A stretch of DNA of 57,352 nucleotides from Coriobacteriia bacterium (GTDB taxonomy: Bacteria; Actinomycetota; Coriobacteriia; Anaerosomatales; SLCP01), in contig JAHYJI010000005.1 in NCBI GenBank assembly GCA_019429145.1, positions 1-57,352 on the forward strand, written 5' to 3'. Of this stretch, positions 50,957 to 57,352 are shown in pieces (the stretch's first letter is position 1; the number at the start of each line of letters is the position of its first letter). The translations under genes and the position numbers were made by a program. Under the pieces are notes generated by a model, which searched no databases, was not told where the DNA came from, and was given only the letters and a program-made list of their open reading frames with translations.

Positions 50957-52126
50957 GTGATTGTCTATACTGCGGGAGACAGCGCACGATCCATCAGGAG
51001 GACGTTCTTGTCTGCTCGGTCCAACTCCGCTCTGCATCACGGACCCAAGGCTTCGCTTCGAGTGCTCGCATGGAGAGTGCGCGAAGCGATGGTCGGGGCT
51101 TGGAAGCGGCATGACCGTACCCCCCTATACTGCAAGGCGCTTGCTGGTGAGTCCGACTACAACATCTGCGTGAATTCGGACATGACCGTATCGTGCAATT
51201 GCCAGGACTTCGACGGAACGGGTCGCATAGGTGATCTGCGATCGCATTCCCTTGCGGAGATATTCTCGGGTGAGACGGTCCAGGCTTTCCAGGAGTCCCT
51301 GGCGTCAAGAGAATTCCCCACAAGCGTGTGCCACGCATGTCCTGAACTGGCCCCAATCCCAGCCCACGAACTTGCCAGAGGACCCGCGCTCGGTCGAGTC
51401 CCGCGTAGGGGCATCATGGTGGAAAACACCGCGATGTGTAACCTCAGATGTGGACTCTGTCGTCGCAAGGAACTGCTGGCCCTCCGTCGTCAGCCCTCGC
51501 TGAGCCTCGAAGACGTCGCGCACGTGTCGAGAATGCTGGCCGAGTACGGCATCGAGCAGGTCGCATTCTTCAATCTGGGCGAACCGTTTCTCTCTCCAGA
51601 CATTCTTTCTGAGATCCGTCTCCTGCGGCGGCACAATCCAGCTCTCCGTATCCTGACTTCTACAAATGGCCTCTTGCTGGACAACGAGGCGAAGATTGAG
51701 GCCGCCCTTCTCACGGACTACGTCTACTTCTCCATTGACGGAGTCTCGCAAGATACCCTGGTGCGCTATCAGGTAGGGGGCAGCTTTGACAGGCAATACG
51801 GCAATATGAAAGCACTTGTGGAGCAGAGGAACCATCGAAAGGCCACTGACCGTACAGTACGAGTCCCGCTTGTCGAGTGGAAATACGTGTTCTTTCGCTG
51901 GAATGACCACCTGGACCACCTGACGCAGGCATGGGAACTGGCCCAGGAGGCCGGAGTCGATAGACTGACCTTTCACCCCGGGTCCGTAACCGAAGAGGCC
52001 GACCTCTCCAAGCGATCCCTGACCGACCCGTTCTTCCTTTCAGCGGGAGCTCGACTCGTTGATGGCGGGATGAGTATCGACCTTACCGCCTACTCGGCAG
52101 GGGACCTTCGGTTGGAGAGCTTGTAG
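50957..52126 (+). CDS. Radical SAM protein with N-terminal SPASM/twitch-like domain
   Basis: YC...ICVNSDMTVSCNC...IGDL...SLAEIF...CHAC precedes ENTAMCNLRCGLC, LGEPF, STNGLLL, SIDG. Start uncertain (ATG 51089 is an alternative). Confidence 0.85.
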   Translation: MIVYTAGDSARSIRRTFLSARSNSALHHGPKASLRVLAWRVREAMVGAWKRHDRTPLYCKALAGESDYNICVNSDMTVSCNCQDFDGTGRIGDLRSHSLAEIFSGETVQAFQESLASREFPTSVCHACPELAPIPAHELARGPALGRVPRRGIMVENTAMCNLRCGLCRRKELLALRRQPSLSLEDVAHVSRMLAEYGIEQVAFFNLGEPFLSPDILSEIRLLRRHNPALRILTSTNGLLLDNEAKIEAALLTDYVYFSIDGVSQDTLVRYQVGGSFDRQYGNMKALVEQRNHRKATDRTVRVPLVEWKYVFFRWNDHLDHLTQAWELAQEAGVDRLTFHPGSVTEEADLSKRSLTDPFFLSAGARLVDGGMSIDLTAYSAGDLRLESL

Positions 52127-52175
52127 CCAGCCCTAGACCGTTCGAAGCGCGTCAACTAGCGCCCACCAATAGCAC

Positions 52176-52206
52176 AGGGCCCTGGACCATTGGTTCGGGG
52201 CCCTTT
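52176..52206. terminator. Hairpin just after the second att repeat (likely the ancestral tRNA-Val terminator)
   Basis: AGGGCCCTGGACC...GGTTCGGGGCCCT-TT. Confidence 0.65.
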
Positions 52207-52211
52207 CACAT

Positions 52212-53141
52212 TCAGATACCCCGCGCACCGTCGACGAACGCCGCGAGTCGGCTGACGGGAATGCGCTCCGGCACTGCCGAGCCGGGCGTTGCGATGAATG
52301 GATGCCCTCGCATCTCCTCGGCCATCCTTGCTCCCTGATTCCGCAGCCACTCCTCGTCGCGGTCGAGTAGGCGCATCGAGTCGAGGTTCCCGAAGACCAC
52401 GGTGTGGGGAGAGAGCTTCTCTCGTGCGGTGGCCAGAGGGGTATCCGCCGTGATCGACATCCCGCTGGCACCCGCACGACTGACGGCATCGAGAACGTGC
52501 GTGGCCGGGCCGCTCACGTGCACCACCGGGTCTGCGCCCGCAGCGCGGCTGCGCGCGAGCAGTTGCCTCATCGCCGGTAGCCACAGAGCGCAGAGTGACT
52601 GGGGACTGGCGAGTGCCGCCAGAGGTTCTCCTATCCACAGGAGTGCAGGATGTGTCTCGAGCGTGGCTTCGGTCACTGCCAACGTTGCCTCGAGTCCGCG
52701 CTCGAGATGCGAGTATGCCGCGCTGCTGCCCGCGAGCGATTCTACGAAGGGTTCGAGTCCGACGATGGTCGCAGCCGTGGTCATGGGCCCCCACACCTGG
52801 GCAACGACCGGCAAGGAACTGGCCGCGAGTTCGCTCATCAGCGACCGGTAGCGCTCGACCGTGCGGGAACCTGCCCCTTCGAGCGGATGAGCCGCTGCCT
52901 CAAGCGGAAGCATCGCACCGAGAACGAAGGGGGACTCCCACGACCGGGCATGGTGAAGTGCGTACTCCGGGTTCGTCCAGGTGGATGGACCGGGTCCCGC
53001 GAACGGCGTCGCCGGAGGGCCGCCGGTGACGAAGACCATCTGCTGCGGCGCTGCACGAACCATGTCCAGTAAGCCCGCCCGCGCTGCGGGCCGGTCCTGT
53101 GCGCTGAAGTGTGGCTGAACTCCGGCTTCCTGCTGTTCCAT
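52212..53141 (-). CDS. Uroporphyrinogen decarboxylase/MtaA-CmuA-fold protein, divergent
   Basis: WGPMTTA, IGEP, VVHVSG, VFGNLDS, FIATPGS.VP...AFV pattern of the URO-D superfamily. Confidence 0.7.
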   Translation of the reverse strand: MEQQEAGVQPHFSAQDRPAARAGLLDMVRAAPQQMVFVTGGPPATPFAGPGPSTWTNPEYALHHARSWESPFVLGAMLPLEAAAHPLEGAGSRTVERYRSLMSELAASSLPVVAQVWGPMTTAATIVGLEPFVESLAGSSAAYSHLERGLEATLAVTEATLETHPALLWIGEPLAALASPQSLCALWLPAMRQLLARSRAAGADPVVHVSGPATHVLDAVSRAGASGMSITADTPLATAREKLSPHTVVFGNLDSMRLLDRDEEWLRNQGARMAEEMRGHPFIATPGSAVPERIPVSRLAAFVDGARGI

Positions 53142-53248
53142 GGTTGGAGTGTACCCGTGGCACGTGCGCGAACCCCGTTACCATCATGGGTAGAAACCTG
53201 GTGAGGTCACACGCGCAGCGGCTCTGCGGAGACGAGGAAGGATGACAC

Positions 53249-53605
53249 ATGCTGTTGGCGAAGCGTTGGCGCATGCTCATCGTGTGCACGGTACTGATGG
53301 CACTCGTGGTCTTTGGTGCGGCGGCGTGCGGGTCGGACCAGCCGGACACGATAGCACCTGACACCCCCGGCACTGTCGAACCGGACGAACCCGATGGCGG
53401 CGAAGGAGCCGAGGTTCCCGCTACGGACGCTGATCGCACACTCGTCGAGGCGAAATGCTCGGGCTGCCATAATCTGGACCGGGTCTGGGCCGTCGATCAG
53501 GACCGTGCCGGGTGGGAGGCGACGGTCAGCAGGATGGAAGCGAACGGCCTGCAGGTCTCGGAGGACGAGCGCGCTGCGATCATCGAGTACCTGGCCAGCC
53601 AGTAG
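53249..53605 (+). CDS. Monoheme c-type cytochrome lipoprotein
   Basis: Lipobox AAAC, Pro/acidic linker, CSGCH, W..TVSRM axial Met, IIEYLA. Confidence 0.85.
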   Translation: MLLAKRWRMLIVCTVLMALVVFGAAACGSDQPDTIAPDTPGTVEPDEPDGGEGAEVPATDADRTLVEAKCSGCHNLDRVWAVDQDRAGWEATVSRMEANGLQVSEDERAAIIEYLASQ

Positions 53606-53614
53606 CCTGTCGGG

Positions 53615-54505
53615 TCAGGGCAGTATCAGGCGCGTCGCGCCGGGCAGTACCCGTGCTCTGAGCGGGGTTGTCGCCGGAAGGACTTCTCCGTCGTACTGGA
53701 GCGAGAGATCCGGCTCTGCCTCGATCACCACTTCCTGTGCCGAGTGGACCTCGAGGCCTGCGGTGTGGTCGGGATTGGCCACGAAGCGATCGAAGAACGC
53801 ACCCCAGACGGTCGGGATCAGCCCCGGAACGTTCTTGGTCCTGACGACGACGACCTCGAACAGGCCGTCCGCCGGGTCGCTCCGGTGCGTGAGCGCCAGG
53901 TCGAACTGCAACCGTGCGACGTTCATCACCAGCACGGCGATTCCCTCGGAGTGCACGGTTCTGCCGTCGATGTGCAGTGTGAAGTGCGACACGGTCGGTG
54001 TCAGATTCTGGAGCGCGCCGACGAAGTAGGCGGCAGCACCGAGAGTCGGCTTCAGCCGGTCGGCCGCTTCCATGATCGCCGCATCGAATCCGGCACCGGC
54101 AGCTACGATGAAGCCCTGTCGGTGCTCTTCATCCGGACCGTAGGTGAACTCGCCCAGATCGATGTCCCTCAGTTGTCCGTCGAGCGTGATGTGCGCGAGT
54201 GCCTCGGGGTCTGCGGGCATCCGCATATTGAGAGCGAACACGTTTGCCGTGCCCGCAGGATACGCAAGCACGGGAATGCCGGAGTTGGCGAGCGTGTAGC
54301 ATATCGCCGAGACCGTTCCGTCGCCGCCGGCGGCCACTACGCGGTCGTGCTCCGCCGCATCTCGCAGCGCGCCAGCGACATCGCCACTCTGGTGCAGATC
54401 CCGCACGGTGACCTCGGCGCCACGCTCCACGAGGGCGCGGACGTACTCGTAGACGCCGGCATCGCCCTGGCCGGACTTGAGATTGACGACCAGCAGGATT
54501 CGCAT
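53615..54505 (-). CDS. Diacylglycerol-kinase-family lipid kinase (YegS/DgkB-like)
   Basis: VN.KSG, AAGGDGT, PAGTAN, GAGFDA, YDGE. Confidence 0.9.
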   Translation of the reverse strand: MRILLVVNLKSGQGDAGVYEYVRALVERGAEVTVRDLHQSGDVAGALRDAAEHDRVVAAGGDGTVSAICYTLANSGIPVLAYPAGTANVFALNMRMPADPEALAHITLDGQLRDIDLGEFTYGPDEEHRQGFIVAAGAGFDAAIMEAADRLKPTLGAAAYFVGALQNLTPTVSHFTLHIDGRTVHSEGIAVLVMNVARLQFDLALTHRSDPADGLFEVVVVRTKNVPGLIPTVWGAFFDRFVANPDHTAGLEVHSAQEVVIEAEPDLSLQYDGEVLPATTPLRARVLPGATRLILP

Positions 54506-54618
54506 CTCAATCCTCCACCTTCAGTGCTACCGGTCAAGGTCTGTCCGGTGCGCATCATGTCACGCCTATACGGTATTGTGTGAACGGCGGATTTACCAGC
54601 ACCGACGGAAGGCGGCAC

Positions 54619-55803
54619 GTGTACGTCAGCGATAGCGAAGGGTTACAGGAGCTCGCCTCGCTCGTGAGGGGCGCGGAGTTCGTAGCGCTGGACACCGAGT
54701 TCATGCGAGAGCGTACGTACTATGCCCGTCTCTGTCTCGTGCAACTCGCCACCGACGACGTTGAGGCGATCGTCGACCCGCTGGCCGTTGAGGACTTGAC
54801 GCCGCTTCTGGACGTGCTGTCCGACACGCGTATGACGAAGGTCTTTCACGCGGGCCAGCAGGACCTGGAGATCATCTGCCGCATCGCCGGCACCGTGCCT
54901 GCGCCGGTCTTCGATACCCAGGTGGCCGCCACGCTCGCAGGCTTCCCGACCCAGGTGGGCTACGGTGCTCTGGTCAGCGAGATCGCCGGCGTGAAGCTCG
55001 ACAAGTCGGACACGTTCACCGATTGGTCCCGCAGGCCGCTCTCGTCGACACAGGTCGAGTACGCGCTCAACGATGTCAGGTATCTTCCCACCGTCTACCG
55101 GGAGCTTCGCTCGCGTCTGGAGGCCGAGGGACGGCTGTCATGGCTGGAGCCCGAGTTCGATCGCATGGTCGATCCGGCAACGTATGAGGTCGTTCCCGAG
55201 GAACTGTTCCGGCGCGTCAAGCGCATGTCCTCGCTGAAGGCGCGTCAACTCGGCGTCCTCATGAAGCTCACCGCATGGCGGGAGTATGAAGCACAGCGCC
55301 GTGACATCCCGCGCAAGTGGGTGCTCGGAGACGAGAGCCTGCTCGAGATAGCGCGCAGGTCACCGCAGGACCGGGAGGCACTTGCGTCCATCAGGGGTGT
55401 TGCTGACAAGCTCGCTAAAGGATCGTTCCCGGGTGTCCTGTCCGCGGTGGCCGAGGGCCTGGCGCTTTCACGTGAGGAGTTGCCGACACTCGAGCGCAAG
55501 CGGCGCCGTCCGCTCGATGTGGATGGCGCGGTAGACCTGATGGCCGCTCTGGTGCGGCTCCGGGCCAAAGAGCACGGGGTCGCTACTCCGCTGCTTGCCT
55601 CCCGCGGTGACCTCGAGCTGCTTGCAGGGGGCGAGCGTGACGACACGCCACTCCTGGAGGGGTGGCGCCGCTCGATCGTCGGCGATGAGCTCATCAGGAT
55701 GCTCGACGGGGAGCTTGCCCTCCGGCTCGCTGACGGTCGCGTGGTGGTCGACGAGTGCGGTACCACGGCCGAGTGTCCCGATTCCGGGGAGAGCAGTCCC
55801 TAA
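54619..55803 (+). CDS. rnd: Ribonuclease D
   Basis: ALDTEFMRERTYYARLCLVQ, HAGQQD, FDTQVAA, TDWSRRPL, YALNDV, HRDC domain; start could be 54580. Confidence 0.93.
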   Translation: MYVSDSEGLQELASLVRGAEFVALDTEFMRERTYYARLCLVQLATDDVEAIVDPLAVEDLTPLLDVLSDTRMTKVFHAGQQDLEIICRIAGTVPAPVFDTQVAATLAGFPTQVGYGALVSEIAGVKLDKSDTFTDWSRRPLSSTQVEYALNDVRYLPTVYRELRSRLEAEGRLSWLEPEFDRMVDPATYEVVPEELFRRVKRMSSLKARQLGVLMKLTAWREYEAQRRDIPRKWVLGDESLLEIARRSPQDREALASIRGVADKLAKGSFPGVLSAVAEGLALSREELPTLERKRRRPLDVDGAVDLMAALVRLRAKEHGVATPLLASRGDLELLAGGERDDTPLLEGWRRSIVGDELIRMLDGELALRLADGRVVVDECGTTAECPDSGESSP

Positions 55804-55811
55804 ACGAGCGC

Positions 55812-55827
55812 TGGCAAAGGGTTTGCA
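55812..55827 (+). promoter_or_regulatory. Sigma-54 -24/-12 promoter upstream of the YugP-like peptidase
   Basis: TGGCAAA-gggt-TTGCA, exact spacing, ~51 bp before the ATG. Confidence 0.7.
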
Positions 55828-55877
55828 CTCATTCAGCAACACGTTCCAATCTACGACCATGACAGACGGAGGATCAG

Positions 55878-56546
55878 ATGTTCGGTTCGTACTTGCCGAT
55901 TCTCATCATCGCGGTAGTCCTGGGGCTTGCGACTCAGGGCTTCGTCAACGCCTCGTACCGCCGCTACTCGCAGGTGGCCTTGGCGACAGGTAAGAGCGGT
56001 GCCGAGGTGGCTCGCTATATGCTCGACTCCGAGGGACTCGGTCACGTGGGCATCGAGATGGTGCCGGGTCACCTGACCGATCACTACGACCCGAAGCAGG
56101 ACGTCCTGCGCCTGTCCGAGGACGTGTATCGCGGCCGGACGGTTGCGGCAGCGGGAATCGCCGCCCACGAGGCGGGACACGCGGTCCAACACGCGCGCGG
56201 GTTCGTCTTCGCACGCGTGCGTGGAGCGCTCGTTCCGACGGCACAGCTCGGCTCGTCACTGGCATTCCCGCTGATACTCGGTGGGCTGTTCATCGGATTG
56301 TCGGGGCTCATCACGCTGGGTGTCATCATGTTCGCGGGTGCGGTGCTCTTCCAGATCGTGACCCTGCCGGTGGAGTTCGACGCGTCTCGTCGGGCAGTGG
56401 CCGCCCTCAGCATCGGCAACGCCCTTCCGGCCGAGCAGATGAGCGGCGCACGTACGGTGCTCACGGCCGCCGCACTGACCTATGTCGCGGCCACTCTCAT
56501 CGCGGTCCTGCAGCTGCTGTACTTCCTGGGTCTCTCGCGCCGCTAG
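55878..56546 (+). CDS. Membrane zinc metallopeptidase (YugP/Zn_peptidase_2-like)
   Basis: LTDHYDP, AAHEAGHAVQH (HExxH), TLPVEFDASRRA, AAALTYVA. Confidence 0.9.
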   Translation: MFGSYLPILIIAVVLGLATQGFVNASYRRYSQVALATGKSGAEVARYMLDSEGLGHVGIEMVPGHLTDHYDPKQDVLRLSEDVYRGRTVAAAGIAAHEAGHAVQHARGFVFARVRGALVPTAQLGSSLAFPLILGGLFIGLSGLITLGVIMFAGAVLFQIVTLPVEFDASRRAVAALSIGNALPAEQMSGARTVLTAAALTYVAATLIAVLQLLYFLGLSRR

Positions 56547-56610
56547 CGCCGGAGGTGTCAGACCGGTCGGGTACCATCGTGAGTAGCGGCAGCGGCTGAG
56601 AGGGGAGCGG

Positions 56611-57352
56611 GTGCCTGAGGAACGAGCGGTCAGCGTCAGCGAGGCGATCGCACGCGCAAAGCGCGCCCTGGAGGGCGTGAGACTCCGGGTCGTCGGGGAG
56701 GTCTCGGAGTTCGCCGACAAGCCGGGCTACGCCGCGGCCTACTTCACGGTGTCTGACGGTGCTGCAGCACTGCCGTGTCTGATGTGGCGTGACCAGTACG
56801 CGGCCTCGGGGGTAATGCTGCGCTGCGGCATGCTCGTCGAGATGGAGGGGTACTTCTCCGCCTACGCGGCCAAGGGCAGGATGCAGTTCATCGTCAGGTC
56901 GATCTCGCTGGCTGGCGAGGGTCGCTTGCGCCTGCAAGTTGCCGAGCTCGCCCGCAAGCTCGAGGCCGAGGGGTTGATGCGTCCGGAGCGCAAGCGCGCA
57001 CTTCCGGCCTATCCCGCCCGGATCGGGGTGGTCACCTCACCCCGGGGCAAGGCGGTGCACGACGTTCTGCGCACGCTACGCCGGCGCTACCCGCTTGCCG
57101 AGGTTCTCCTCGCCGGAGTCCCGGTAGAGGGCGCAGAAGCGCCCTCGGCGATCGTAGAGGGCCTCGAAGTCGTTGCAGACGCTCGCCCCGATGTTGTCCT
57201 GCTCGTGCGCGGAGGCGGCTCCTACGAGGACCTCATGCCCTTCAACGACGAGCGCGTCGCCCGGGCTATCGCTGCGTGCCCCGTGCCGGTAGTCACCGGA
57301 ATCGGGCACGAGCCCGATACGTCGATCGCCGACATGGTCGCAGACGTCAGGG
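56611..57352 (+). CDS. xseA: Exodeoxyribonuclease VII large subunit, 3'-partial (absent from the ORF track because it has no stop in the window)
   Basis: My translation from GTG 56611: MPEERAVSVSEA...VVGEVSEF...YFT; RIGVVTSPRGKAVHD, RGGGSYEDL..FNDE, VTGIGHEPD. Confidence 0.93.
   Translation, partial: MPEERAVSVSEAIARAKRALEGVRLRVVGEVSEFADKPGYAAAYFTVSDGAAALPCLMWRDQYAASGVMLRCGMLVEMEGYFSAYAAKGRMQFIVRSISLAGEGRLRLQVAELARKLEAEGLMRPERKRALPAYPARIGVVTSPRGKAVHDVLRTLRRRYPLAEVLLAGVPVEGAEAPSAIVEGLEVVADARPDVVLLVRGGGSYEDLMPFNDERVARAIAACPVPVVTGIGHEPDTSIADMVADVR

Larger units (their letters stand above)
48889..52168. mobile_element. ~3.3 kb tRNA-Val-integrated element with no integrase
   Basis: 13-bp direct repeat CTAGCGCCCACCA at 48889-48901 and 52156-52168; encodes a Rep_trans-like initiator; visibly more AT-rich cargo. 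Confidence 0.8.

Noticed and set aside
53158-53175. TGGCACG upstream of the cytochrome c gene as a sigma-54 promoter
   Set aside because: No GC at the -12 position (GG-N10-AA).

Overview
GC-rich bacterial chromosomal window, most consistent with an anaerobic member of the Actinomycetota (Coriobacteriia-like); this taxonomy is inferred from synteny and composition. The left part is housekeeping: uvrC, a holin-like membrane gene, rapZ-yvcK-whiA, gap-pgk-tpiA-gpmI-secG, an Opp/Dpp ABC transporter, a YdbS/YdbT pair and tRNA-Leu. The middle holds an ABC1 kinase, two PP2C sensor phosphatases, a degenerate radical-SAM/B12-radical-SAM/aminotransferase trio, and a thiol/metal cluster with three copies of a CsoR-family operator (ATACCCC-N2-3-GGGGTAT). 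It also holds a translationally coupled rpoN-histidine kinase-bEBP operon, and -24/-12 sigma-54 promoter matches occur at four loci in the window. The right part has a STAS-kinase fusion, a ubiD-ubiA-ubiX operon, an unannotated 50-aa ORF with an (AGY)n leader, and tRNA-Cys/Gly/Val. A ~3.3 kb element is integrated at tRNA-Val(GAC), bounded by a 13-bp direct repeat; it encodes a Rep_trans-like rolling-circle initiator and a SPASM-first radical SAM enzyme but no integrase. The window ends with rnd, a YugP-like peptidase and a partial xseA. All calls come from motif reading; no database searches were run.
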